From Dehalococcoidia bacterium (GTDB lineage: Bacteria; Chloroflexota; Dehalococcoidia; Plut-88900), in NCBI GenBank assembly GCA_965249275.1, contig CBDFLQ010000007.1, forward strand, positions 800,001 through 864,000: 64,000 nt of DNA. Reading direction: 5' to 3'. Shown here piece by piece: positions 1-8,653 of this stretch (its first letter is position 1; every line of letters begins with the position of its first letter). Below the pieces are notes generated by a model. It saw only the letters and a program-made list of their open reading frames with translations, had not been told where the DNA came from and ran no database searches. A program made the translations under genes and the position numbers.

Positions 1-1555
1 CATTCTCACTGTTGACTCGCGCAATCCCCGCGCCGAGGCCCTGGCCATAAAGAACGGCAAGTTCGTGGCCGTTGGGGCTAACAAAGACGTGGAGCATTTG
101 GCGGGGCCCGGGACCAAGGTCATCAACCTGGCGGGAAAGACCGTAGTTCCGGGGTTTATCGACGCACACATCCATGTAATGAGCACGGGGTGCAAACTCG
201 TGTCCCGGATGGTGGACTGCGAGCTGCCGACCATCGGGCTGTTGCAGGAAGAGCTGAGGCTCAAGGCAAGGGAGACTCCGCCCGGCCAGTGGGTCATGGG
301 CTTCAAGTACGACGATACCAAGACCCCGGAAGGCCGGATGCCGAGCCGCTGGGAGCTTGACGAGGTGAGCCGGGACCACCCGGTGATAGTGACGCACCGG
401 GCCGGGCTCAAGAGTTCGGTCAATGAGAAGGGGCTGGAGGAATTCGGGGTGACGCGGGACTCGGCGGGGCCGATCTCGGGGCCTTACGAGAAAGACCCGG
501 AGTCGGGGGAACCTAACGGCGTGCTGTACGAGGCAGGAGAGGAGCGAATCCGCTTCTTCCTGATGTCGCAGGTTAGTGCAGAGGAGCGGCGGCAGGGACT
601 CAAAACGATAACCGGAATGTACGCTGCCGCTGGCCTGACCAGCGTCCACGATGCGATGGTCACCCCCGACGAAGTCAGCGTGTACCAGGACGCATGGGAG
701 CGGGACGAGCTGCTGCTGCGGGTCTACATGCTGGTGCACGAGAACTATTTCGACACGTTTCGGAAGGCGGGCATAAGGACCGGCCTGGGGGACGACAAGC
801 TGAAGTGGGGCGGAATCAAGCTGACCAACGATGGCGGGATAGCCACTCGGACAGCCTATCTAAGCGAGCCGTATATCGGAAGTAACGACCACGGGCTGAT
901 GCTGTTCGAACAGGAAGAACTGGACGAAAAGATCCGGCGCATCCACGAGGCAGGATATCAGGCCTGCGTCCACTCCAACGGCGACGCGGCCATCGACATG
1001 ACTCTCCGGGCCTTCGAGCGTGCGCAGGAAGCCCACCCGAGACAAGGGGCACGGCACCGGATAGAGCACTGCACCGTGATGAATCCCGACCTATTGAGAA
1101 GGATAAGGGCGTTGGGCGTCGTCCCGACACCCTTCGGGGCATACGCTTATCAACACGGGGAGAAGATGCACTTCTATGGCGAGGAGCGGGCCAGGTGGAT
1201 GTTCGCGCATCGGGCTTTCCTGGACTACGGGATAACGTGCACGGGGGCGTCGGACTTCACGGCCAGCCCCTTCGAGCCGCTCCTGGGGATACAGTGCTGC
1301 GTTACCAGGACGGATAGCGAGGGTCGGGTCTGGGGCCCGAACCAGAAGGTGAGCATCGAGGAGGCGCTGAAGATTTACACGTTAAACGGGTCCTACGCCT
1401 CCTTCGAGGAGGGAACAAAGGGCTCGATTACGCCGGGCAAGCTGGCCGACCTCGTGGTCTTGGGCCAGGACTTGACCGAAGTGGACCCATTCAGCATCAA
1501 GGACATACCAGTCGAAATGACGATGGTCGGCGGGGAAGCGGTGTACGAGGGTTAG
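1..1555 (+). CDS. Amidohydrolase (YtcJ-like, amidohydrolase 3 family), 5'-truncated by window edge
   Basis: Frame is open upstream of the ORF-track start (ILTVDSRNPRAEALAIKNGKFVAVG). Motifs PGFIDAHIH, RHRIEHC, GSITPGKLADLVVL. Confidence 0.9.
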   Translation, partial: ILTVDSRNPRAEALAIKNGKFVAVGANKDVEHLAGPGTKVINLAGKTVVPGFIDAHIHVMSTGCKLVSRMVDCELPTIGLLQEELRLKARETPPGQWVMGFKYDDTKTPEGRMPSRWELDEVSRDHPVIVTHRAGLKSSVNEKGLEEFGVTRDSAGPISGPYEKDPESGEPNGVLYEAGEERIRFFLMSQVSAEERRQGLKTITGMYAAAGLTSVHDAMVTPDEVSVYQDAWERDELLLRVYMLVHENYFDTFRKAGIRTGLGDDKLKWGGIKLTNDGGIATRTAYLSEPYIGSNDHGLMLFEQEELDEKIRRIHEAGYQACVHSNGDAAIDMTLRAFERAQEAHPRQGARHRIEHCTVMNPDLLRRIRALGVVPTPFGAYAYQHGEKMHFYGEERARWMFAHRAFLDYGITCTGASDFTASPFEPLLGIQCCVTRTDSEGRVWGPNQKVSIEEALKIYTLNGSYASFEEGTKGSITPGKLADLVVLGQDLTEVDPFSIKDIPVEMTMVGGEAVYEG

Positions 1556-1580
1556 GAACGGGACAGGGAGGAAAGCGAAA

Positions 1581-2339
1581 ATGGCAGGCAAACTAGACGG
1601 CAAAGTGTGCGTCGTGACGGGTGGGAGCCTGGGTATCGGGAGCGGGACGGCCAAGGAGTGCGCCCGGGAGGGGGGACGGGTGGCGATACTCGACATTCAC
1701 GTAGAGGGTGGCCAGAGCACGGTTGCTGCGATACGGGAATCGGGGGGATCAGCTACCTTCATAGGGACGGACGTGTCCCAGGCCACAGAGGTGGAGGCTG
1801 CAGTCAAGAGAGTCGTCGAGGAATACGGGAAGATCGACGTGCTGGTGAATGCGGCAGCGCTACAGGTGCAGGCCCCCACCCTCCCCGAGGTCACGGAGGA
1901 AGAGTGGGACACTGTGATGGCCATAAATCTCAAAGGGCCCTTCCTATGCTGCAAGTACGTTATCCCGGAGATGCTAAAAAAAGGTGGTGGAGCGATAGTA
2001 AACGTCTCTTCGTCAGTCGTGCTGCGGGGGAGCGCGTTTTCCTTGCCGTACGCAGTGAGCAAGGCTGGGGTGATCCAGCTAACCAAGACTACGAACAGCC
2101 AATTCTGCAATAAGGGGATACGTGTAAATAGCGTGATCCCGGGGCTCGTGGACACGCCGGGGGCCCAGGGGGTCGAAGGCAAAGCGGGGATATTCGACGA
2201 GGTGGCGGCAGGTATACCTGTGGGCCGACCCGGCCAGCCAGAGGACATCGCCAAGCTTATCGTGTACCTGGCGTCGGATGATGCGGCGTACGTGTCGGGG
2301 GCCGCGATGGTGATAGACGGAGGAAGGAACTCTAAATGA
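1581..2339 (+). CDS. SDR family NAD(P)-dependent oxidoreductase
   Basis: TGGSLGIG Rossmann motif, YAVSK catalytic YxxxK, IRVNSVIPG, C-terminal VIDGG; GGAGG RBS. Confidence 0.92.
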   Translation: MAGKLDGKVCVVTGGSLGIGSGTAKECAREGGRVAILDIHVEGGQSTVAAIRESGGSATFIGTDVSQATEVEAAVKRVVEEYGKIDVLVNAAALQVQAPTLPEVTEEEWDTVMAINLKGPFLCCKYVIPEMLKKGGGAIVNVSSSVVLRGSAFSLPYAVSKAGVIQLTKTTNSQFCNKGIRVNSVIPGLVDTPGAQGVEGKAGIFDEVAAGIPVGRPGQPEDIAKLIVYLASDDAAYVSGAAMVIDGGRNSK

Positions 2340-3196
2340 GCAGGATTGTCGTGCTCGGGGCGGGGACGCCGACACCCACGCCCGCTCGCTTCGGATCGTC
2401 GTACGTCGTCGAGCTCAACGGACAGCACCTGATGTTCGACTGCGGCCCCGCTGCCACACACAAGCTCGTGAAGGCCGGTCTGTGGCCGACCCAGATAGAC
2501 CACCTATTCTTTACCCATCACCACTTCGACCATGACGTCGACTACCCCTGTTTCCTCCTCTGCCGGTGGGACCAGGGCGCAGGCCGGGAAAACCGGCTCA
2601 AGGTCTTCGGGCCGACGCTGACGGAGTCGATAACCGAGAAGCTGATAGGTGAGTCGGGGGCTTTTGCTCACGATTGGAAAGCTCGGGTGAACCACCCTGT
2701 AAGCCAACGAGTCTACGTGAACCGGGGCGGCACCCTGCCAAGGAGGCCTCCGGAAGTCGAGGCGCGGGACGTGGGGCCGGGAAAGGTGTGCTCGGGACCG
2801 GATTGGGAAGTAACCGCTGCGCCGGCGGAGCACGTGCAACCGTGGCTCGACTCCCTGGCCTATCGGCTGGAGACGGAATCGGGAAGCATCGTCTTTACGG
2901 GAGATACGCAGCCCTGCGATTCGGTAACGGAACTGGCCTCGGGCGCCGACACCCTGTTGTGCATGTGCTGGGACGATCAGGACGTGATGGACGAAAACGG
3001 CGAGCACGTGGGCCAGTGCGGGACCACGGGAGCCGCAAGAATGGCGCGGGATGCGGAGGTCCGCAGACTGGTGCTGGTGCACATGGGGCCCGGGCTTTCG
3101 GGGAGCGAGGCGAGGGGTAAGGCGGAGGCCGACGTGCAGGCAGTGTTTCCGGGAGAAGTGGTCTTCTCCGACGAGCTGATGTCCATCCCCCTCTAG
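2336..3196 (+). CDS. MBL-fold metallo-hydrolase (RNase Z/arylsulfatase-like)
   Basis: LGAGTPTP N-terminus, FDCG, THHHFDH (HxHxDH), FTGDT, LVLVH; ATGA overlap with the SDR stop. Confidence 0.85.
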   Translation: MSRIVVLGAGTPTPTPARFGSSYVVELNGQHLMFDCGPAATHKLVKAGLWPTQIDHLFFTHHHFDHDVDYPCFLLCRWDQGAGRENRLKVFGPTLTESITEKLIGESGAFAHDWKARVNHPVSQRVYVNRGGTLPRRPPEVEARDVGPGKVCSGPDWEVTAAPAEHVQPWLDSLAYRLETESGSIVFTGDTQPCDSVTELASGADTLLCMCWDDQDVMDENGEHVGQCGTTGAARMARDAEVRRLVLVHMGPGLSGSEARGKAEADVQAVFPGEVVFSDELMSIPL

Positions 3197-3205
3197 CCTT
3201 GGCAG

Positions 3206-4468
3206 CTAGGTGGTTGGGGCAATAGCCTCCACCGCGACACCCCGGACGTAAATCCCCCTAGTCCTTCTTTCGATAGTAGTGATGGCTATGAAGGCCAGGA
3301 AGCCGCCGGCCGCCACCGACAACACCCACTCGGGCCCGAACCTGTCCCCGAGCGCTCCATTGCCAAAGTTTGCGAAGGACATGATGCCTGCGGCGTGAAG
3401 GATGTAAATGCTGGTCACCCGGCCCCGTATTCCGTCCGGCACTACGGACTGGATGAGGATTGACGAGAGGATCATAAATCCCGCTTGAGAAGCGCCCATA
3501 AAGGCGGTGGCCAACATGGCGAGCGGAAGGGTCGGGGCGAACGCAAGGCCAAGAGGGCTGAGGCCACTCACGATCCCATTGATGAGAAGGAGCCTGCCCC
3601 TTCTGTGGGGTGTTGAGAGGGGAGCTATGACTAAGGCTATCAAAAGCGCCCCGACACCGACCGTCACGTTCATCATGCTGACGCCGAAGGCGTCTGTGCC
3701 GAGCTTGGTCTCGGAAATCACTGGGAGAAGCGACTCGAAGGACATGACGAGGGCGCAGTGGAAGATCACAAGAGCGAAGACGCGGACCAGTACCGGGTGT
3801 CGGTAGGCATAGATGAATCCCTCAGCCAGGTTCCGCAGGTGGCCTCGGGCCGATTCGATGACGCCGGTGGAACGGGTGTGGATACGCAAGACGAGGAAGA
3901 TAGCAAGGGCGTAGGCGGCCGAGGCCATTGCAAAGGCCCATCCGATGTCGAGCAGGGCCAATATCGGAGCGATGGCGCCCGGGCCCAGGGCACGGGTCCC
4001 GTGAAAGGCTGCGTTGATCAGAGCGTAGGCGTTTACAAGGTTTCTTCTCGGAACGAGGTTGGCAGTCAGTGACTCAAGACCTGCAACTTGAGTAGCCATG
4101 GCGCTTCCGGTGACGAAGGCTATCACCACCAGATGCCAAACCTGGACAAAGCCGAGCAGCACCAGGAGGGCTGTGCCAACGTGAATGAGTATCTGGAACC
4201 CCATCGCCCAGGCCAAAAGGTCACGGCGTACCATTCTGTCGGCCATGAAACCCGCGAAGACGGGGACGAGAACGTAGGGGATCATGGCGGCGAAAATGAC
4301 CAAGCCGGCGGAGGCGCTGGAATTGTTCTCGGCGAGGTCGTAGGCGAGCCAGCCTCGGGCTACGATTACGGCCCAGGCACCGGCGTCGGCGCTGAGGGCC
4401 GCAAACCAGAGGTGCCGAAAGTCTCGGTGGGCCAGGGCCGGAAGGAATCGGTTGGCGGTTAGCTGCAA
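3206..4468 (-). CDS. MFS transporter
   Basis: About 12 hydrophobic segments, ALAHRDFRHLW N-terminus, GFMADRMVRR motif A, IQSVVPDGIRGRV; TATAAT at 4506-4501 upstream. Confidence 0.88.
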   Translation of the reverse strand: MQLTANRFLPALAHRDFRHLWFAALSADAGAWAVIVARGWLAYDLAENNSSASAGLVIFAAMIPYVLVPVFAGFMADRMVRRDLLAWAMGFQILIHVGTALLVLLGFVQVWHLVVIAFVTGSAMATQVAGLESLTANLVPRRNLVNAYALINAAFHGTRALGPGAIAPILALLDIGWAFAMASAAYALAIFLVLRIHTRSTGVIESARGHLRNLAEGFIYAYRHPVLVRVFALVIFHCALVMSFESLLPVISETKLGTDAFGVSMMNVTVGVGALLIALVIAPLSTPHRRGRLLLINGIVSGLSPLGLAFAPTLPLAMLATAFMGASQAGFMILSSILIQSVVPDGIRGRVTSIYILHAAGIMSFANFGNGALGDRFGPEWVLSVAAGGFLAFIAITTIERRTRGIYVRGVAVEAIAPTT

Positions 4469-4600
4469 GGTTTCATGGTCCGGGTATGAGGGCTGGGGGC
4501 ATTATAGACCTTTGGGGTGGGGGGCGGCACAGCCTCGCAATGTCGCCGGGATATTCGGTTGTGGGTTGGTGTTTAAGGTCTTTTGTTTGTGTGGCGGGTT

Positions 4601-5028
4601 GGCGATGGAAGACGCTTGCTGGACGCTGCCCCCGTTCCTGTGGCTCGGGTACTCCGACGCTCTGGGGCAAGGCGTCCGGCCCGCTTTTACCGCTGCTGCG
4701 GCCTGTGGCCCTGTATACGCTGGACATGGGCAGGGACCGTCAGGGCCACCAGGTCCGAGCCCGACTCCGGGGGTTGGCTGCACCGCATAAGGGCGGTAAG
4801 GAGACTCGTCCAGCGTCCGGGTGGAGCCTCTTGCAGGCGTAATATGTCCAAGTTTGCCGGTGCGACCCGGAGTGCAGGGACCACCGGCTCCCGGCTTGAT
4901 TGAGCGGTCGGGGTACCGAGAGGGCCTCGGCGCCGGGCCTATCCGACCGCTATTCCGCTTAAAGGAGCGGCTTCTCCGTTAGGAGCCTCACATGGAACTA
5001 TAGCGAACCAGGGCGTCTTTCCATCGCC
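4601..5028. ncRNA. Candidate large structured non-coding element of unknown family
   Basis: Terminal complementarity 4601-4615/5013-5028, many internal stems, crossing pairings, no convincing ORF; see findings. Confidence 0.5.
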
Positions 5029-5079
5029 TGGGAGTCAGGGAAGGGGACACGGGGCCCGGTGGGGATGAGGAGATGGCGG

Positions 5080-5122
5080 TCCTCCGTAGGCGGATGTTCC
5101 ATCCTCCGTAGGCGGACGTTCC
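5080..5122. repeat. Tandem direct repeat (2 x 21 nt, period 22) with internal mini-hairpin
   Basis: tcctccgtaggcggatgttcc / tcctccgtaggcggacgttcc, one mismatch; each unit contains tccg-tagg-cgga. Confidence 0.85.
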
Positions 5123-5260
5123 GCTTTCGCTTGTGCCGCGGGCCTGCGCGAGGGCCGTTGGGATGGGCTGAGGCGTTGAGTCCTCGGGTGGGTCGGGTGG
5201 GCTTCCCTAGTGTTTGGTTCCTCCTTGGGTTTAGGGTGAGTGATTGGCCATTCAAGGGAG

Positions 5261-5290
5261 AATATAGTACATATGTACAAGTGTGGTCAA
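5261..5290 (-). promoter_or_regulatory. sigma70-like promoter overlapping a palindromic LexA-like operator
   Basis: Minus strand TTGACC-N18-TATATT; the spacer contains the perfect palindrome GTACATATGTAC (5267-5278), resembling the GAAC-N4-GTTC SOS box. Confidence 0.5.
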
Positions 5291-5330
5291 GGGGTTCGTG
5301 TCACATTTTAGAGGGGGGTACCCCCACCCC

Positions 5331-5496
5331 AGATCCCTCGCGGAGCCTCGGGATGACAGATGAGATGGAGTCGGTTGGAGTCGGACTGACGGGACGGATG
5401 GGCGGTGCGTGGGTCTCCCCTCGCTCGACCCTTCGACCGCGCTCAGGGTGAGCGGCCCCACCCTGGGGATGGATTCCGGCTCGGGGGCCGGGATGA
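5331..5496. repeat. Cluster of three different REP-like palindromic repeats
   Basis: agatccctcgcggagcctcgggatgaca (5331-5358); cgctcgacccttcgaccgcgctcagggtgagcg (5422-5454); tggattccggctcgggggccgggatga (5470-5496). Each is an imperfect hairpin resembling common extragenic repeat types. Confidence 0.65.
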
Positions 5497-5599
5497 AGAG
5501 GGGAGTGGAAGGGAGGTGTCGGAATATCGTTTGAAGTGGTTTTCGATGGGCCTTATACTCCGAGCTTGCCGGACGGTTGGGCCGGGGGAGGGACATGAT

Positions 5600-6310
5600 T
5601 TGGAAAACCTGATAGATATTCTGGAGTCGTTTAACCGGAAGGAGCGGTTTTATCTGCTCGCACAGGCCCTTCACGGGCATGGAGGCATTGAGAATCCGAG
5701 ATTTCAGATATCCGAGTCCTTCAGGTTGGACTTGGGTGAAGCAGTTGGGCTGCATGAACAAGGGATTACTATACCTAGCGATGCTTTTGTGGGGATGGAT
5801 TATCACCTGGATTCGATAGAAGGTAGTCTCGCCCTGACACATAAGGACAAATATCAGCACTATAACAAGAATAGAAAAGTGATTTTCGCCAATCTTGATG
5901 CCTCAGTTGCTGGAACACAACAAGATATTGATTTACTTGTAGCGTTCAAAGCTGAGAGCAAGTACCATTTGGTGCTTATAGAAGCCAAGGGATATTTGAG
6001 TTGGGATACACAGCAACTGTACTCCAAGGGGGAGCGGCTAAGACAAATCTTTGGCGAGAACGGAGATACATATTGTGACGATGTAGAACCACATTTCGTC
6101 ATGATGTCTGAGAACCAGCCTAAAATAGAAAATTGGCACGCTGACCGTCAACCTGCATGTTGGCCGAAATGGATGCGGAACAATAAAGGTGCACCCCTTC
6201 ACCTAACAATGTGTCTGCCAGCTAAAACCAATAAACGCAGAGTTGAGCGTTGTGATCGAGATGGAAATCCCGCAAAGTGTGAAGGGTATTTCCATTGCCC
6301 GTCAGGCTAA
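5600..6310 (+). CDS. Hypothetical protein with PD-(D/E)XK nuclease-like motif
   Basis: Likely TTG start at 5600 after GGAGGG; the upstream ORF extension runs through REP repeats. QQDIDLLVAF...LVLIEAKG motif; visibly AT-richer than neighbours. Confidence 0.65.
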   Translation: MENLIDILESFNRKERFYLLAQALHGHGGIENPRFQISESFRLDLGEAVGLHEQGITIPSDAFVGMDYHLDSIEGSLALTHKDKYQHYNKNRKVIFANLDASVAGTQQDIDLLVAFKAESKYHLVLIEAKGYLSWDTQQLYSKGERLRQIFGENGDTYCDDVEPHFVMMSENQPKIENWHADRQPACWPKWMRNNKGAPLHLTMCLPAKTNKRRVERCDRDGNPAKCEGYFHCPSG

Positions 6311-6360
6311 TCTTTGCCTATAGTCATGTCTGACGAGACAAAAACTGGGTCGCTGTAGCA

Positions 6361-7566
6361 ATGGAAAACAACACTGCCGAAGCCGTAGTCATCGGGGCGG
6401 GGATTGTGGGCAGCAGCATTACGCACTATCTCTCGGAGAAGGGGATGGGTGTGACACTGCTGGACAAGGGGTCGATCGCGGGTGGGGCCACGGGCAAGGC
6501 CACTGCGGTCATACGGATGCACTACACGAACCCCTGGGACTCGGCGATGGCGAAGATTGGCGGGGATGTTTACTCGAACTGGGGAGACCTGATCGGTGGG
6601 GAGAGCGGTTTCGTCAACTCGGGGTTTGTGTTCATTGTCGGGGAGGGCGAAGAGGAGAAGCTGCGGGCCAACGTGGACATCCTCCGACAGGAGGCCGGTA
6701 TAAACACCTACGCCCTGGACCCCGAGTTCCTTCAGGAGCTCCTGCCCGAATGGTACGTCGGAGACGTCGGGGCGGCGGCCTACGAGCCCGACAGCGGATA
6801 CGGCGACCCTCACTCCGCTGCAACGGGCTTCGTGCGGCGGGCGCAGGAGTTGGGAGCGGAGGTGTCGCAGGGAGAAGAGGTGCTGAGGATTATTGAGGAG
6901 GGGGGCCGGGTGACGGGGGTCGAGACTAGCAAGAGGACTATTTCAACGGAAAAGGTGGTCTTGGCGGGCGGAGCGTGGTCGAAGGGGTTGGGGGCCGGGG
7001 TGGGACTCGACCTGCCAATCAACTGTATGATGCTATCTATTGGGGTGCTGAAGAGGCCGCCGGTGCTGCACGGGAGTCATCCCGCCTGCATTGATGCGGC
7101 GAACGGCATCTATTTCAGGCCCGAGCCTGGAGAGTTGACCCTGCTCGGATTCAGCAGTGTCGTCGACAGGCATGAGTCCCCCGAGAACCTGGACCCCGAC
7201 AACTACGATACTGAGCCCGACATGAGATGGTCCCTGCGGACCAGCCGCAGGATCGCGTCCCGGATACCGGCGATGGAAGACGCCGCATGGGTGAGGTCGT
7301 GGAGTGGGGTGGACGGCAACACGCCGGACGGACACCTGATTCTGGATAAGGCGCCGGGAATAGATGGCTTGTACCTGGCGGTGGGGATGAGCGGCACGGG
7401 TTTCAAGGTCGGACCCGCGGTTGGCAAGTGCATGTCGGAGCTGATCGTGGATGGGAAAGCGTCGAGTGTCGACATCCGGCCCTTCCGGTTGGCTCGCTTT
7501 GAAGAGGGGGAGGTACTGGTGGGGAAGCATGAATACAACTACTATCTGTTCAAGCAGGATGAATAA
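6361..7566 (+). CDS. FAD-binding oxidoreductase (sarcosine oxidase beta/DadA-like)
   Basis: VIGAGIVG FAD motif, GATGKATA, TPDGHLIL, GMSGTGFKVGPAVG, PFRLARF. Confidence 0.88.
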   Translation: MENNTAEAVVIGAGIVGSSITHYLSEKGMGVTLLDKGSIAGGATGKATAVIRMHYTNPWDSAMAKIGGDVYSNWGDLIGGESGFVNSGFVFIVGEGEEEKLRANVDILRQEAGINTYALDPEFLQELLPEWYVGDVGAAAYEPDSGYGDPHSAATGFVRRAQELGAEVSQGEEVLRIIEEGGRVTGVETSKRTISTEKVVLAGGAWSKGLGAGVGLDLPINCMMLSIGVLKRPPVLHGSHPACIDAANGIYFRPEPGELTLLGFSSVVDRHESPENLDPDNYDTEPDMRWSLRTSRRIASRIPAMEDAAWVRSWSGVDGNTPDGHLILDKAPGIDGLYLAVGMSGTGFKVGPAVGKCMSELIVDGKASSVDIRPFRLARFEEGEVLVGKHEYNYYLFKQDE

Positions 7567-7581
7567 AGGGGGAGACTGGGA

Positions 7582-8595
7582 ATGAAAGATGTCAGTTTCA
7601 TAACCGATTATGTCGGAATCCCGACCTTCTACAATGCTCCGCAAATTAAGCTGGATGACGTGAAAGAAGGCATGGCGGTGGTCGCAGGGGCACCCATCGA
7701 CATGGGCATCCTGTTCATGAGGCCCGGGACGCGTTTCGGGCCGAGGAGCATCCGGGAGGCGTCCCTGATGTACAGGGGTCTGCAGGACGTCGCCTCCGAA
7801 AAAACCTCGGTGAACGTGGACACGCACATCGCCCGGCGCTTGAAGCCGCAGATCAACATCGGTGACCTGGGCGACTTCCACGTTAACCCGCAGGACATCA
7901 TGCAGACGACGGATTCGGTGATTGAGGGCATCGCCGACATAGTGAAGCTGGGAGGGGTACCGGTCCTGCTGGGTGGTGACCACTACCTCGCATATCCGGG
8001 TTTCGAGGGGTTTGCCAAAGGGTTGATGGAGCGGGGTGAGAGCCCGAAACTAGGCTATGTGCACATAGACACCCACACCGACTTCCGGGACAGATACGGG
8101 GATTTGGGGCGGTACAACCACGGCACATGCGCCCGACGGATCAGTGAGAACTCCGTGGTGTCCTACAAGAACATGAGCTGGGTCGGGCTGAACGGGACGA
8201 TAATGGACGCCGACATCTACCGGATGTACAAGAAGCAAGAGCTGAAGATGTCGACGGCCAATGACGTTCGTACGCATGGGATGGAGCACGTGCTTCGGCA
8301 GGCTATAGAGGAAGCGGCAGACGGAACGGACGCGGTCTACGTGAGTGTGGACATCGACGTCGTGGACGCATCTCAGGCACCCGGGACAGGGGCACCGGTT
8401 TTCGAAGGCATTCAGGCGACGGACCTGCTTGAGGCGATGTCAATATTGAGCGAATACGAATGCGTGAAGGCGATTGACCTTTGCGAGGTGTCCCCGCCTA
8501 TCGACTCGAACGGCAGGACAGCCTACCTGGCGGCCAGTGCCCTCGTCGGGTTCCTGGGCAATTACCTGTTCGACGTGGTGGACCTGGACAGCTAG
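7582..8595 (+). CDS. Agmatinase/ureohydrolase family protein, copy 1
   Basis: GTRFGPRSIR, GGDH, HIDTHTD (DxHxD), SVDIDVVD, APGTG, EVSP motifs. Confidence 0.92.
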   Translation: MKDVSFITDYVGIPTFYNAPQIKLDDVKEGMAVVAGAPIDMGILFMRPGTRFGPRSIREASLMYRGLQDVASEKTSVNVDTHIARRLKPQINIGDLGDFHVNPQDIMQTTDSVIEGIADIVKLGGVPVLLGGDHYLAYPGFEGFAKGLMERGESPKLGYVHIDTHTDFRDRYGDLGRYNHGTCARRISENSVVSYKNMSWVGLNGTIMDADIYRMYKKQELKMSTANDVRTHGMEHVLRQAIEEAADGTDAVYVSVDIDVVDASQAPGTGAPVFEGIQATDLLEAMSILSEYECVKAIDLCEVSPPIDSNGRTAYLAASALVGFLGNYLFDVVDLDS

Positions 8596-8653
8596 GCAGA
8601 GATATGACCGTAGTGGTCGGGGCCGGGGCTCGACAAGAACTAGGAGACATGAC

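Noticed and set aside
4705-4890. Twister/HDV/pistol ribozyme similarity of the GGTCCCTGC loops
   Set aside because: Required flanking elements (twister UAA plus P2, HDV P1.1/P4 with catalytic C, pistol P1 and GCGU) could not be placed.
4849-4948. Group II intron resemblance (GTGCGAC at 4860, minus-strand GAGCCGG..GTCGCA, cctatccgac at ~4938-4947)
   Set aside because: The pieces lie on inconsistent strands or in the wrong order, there is no 34-nt domain V with a GNRA loop and AY bulge, and no RT gene.
5080-5122. Possible CRISPR mini-array
   Set aside because: Only two units, no spacer, no cas genes.
4452-5451. Multiple short overlapping ORFs in the 4.5-5.5 kb intergenic region
   Set aside because: No RBS/start pairing, Pro/Arg/Gly-rich compositions typical of GC-rich non-coding DNA, and no recognisable motifs.
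5405-5599. N-terminal extension of the 301-aa ORF
   Set aside because: It translates REP-like repeats; a better RBS and TTG start lie at 5600.
8474-8653. N-terminal extension of the second ureohydrolase
   Set aside because: Overlaps copy 1; homology and RBS place the start at GTG 8654.
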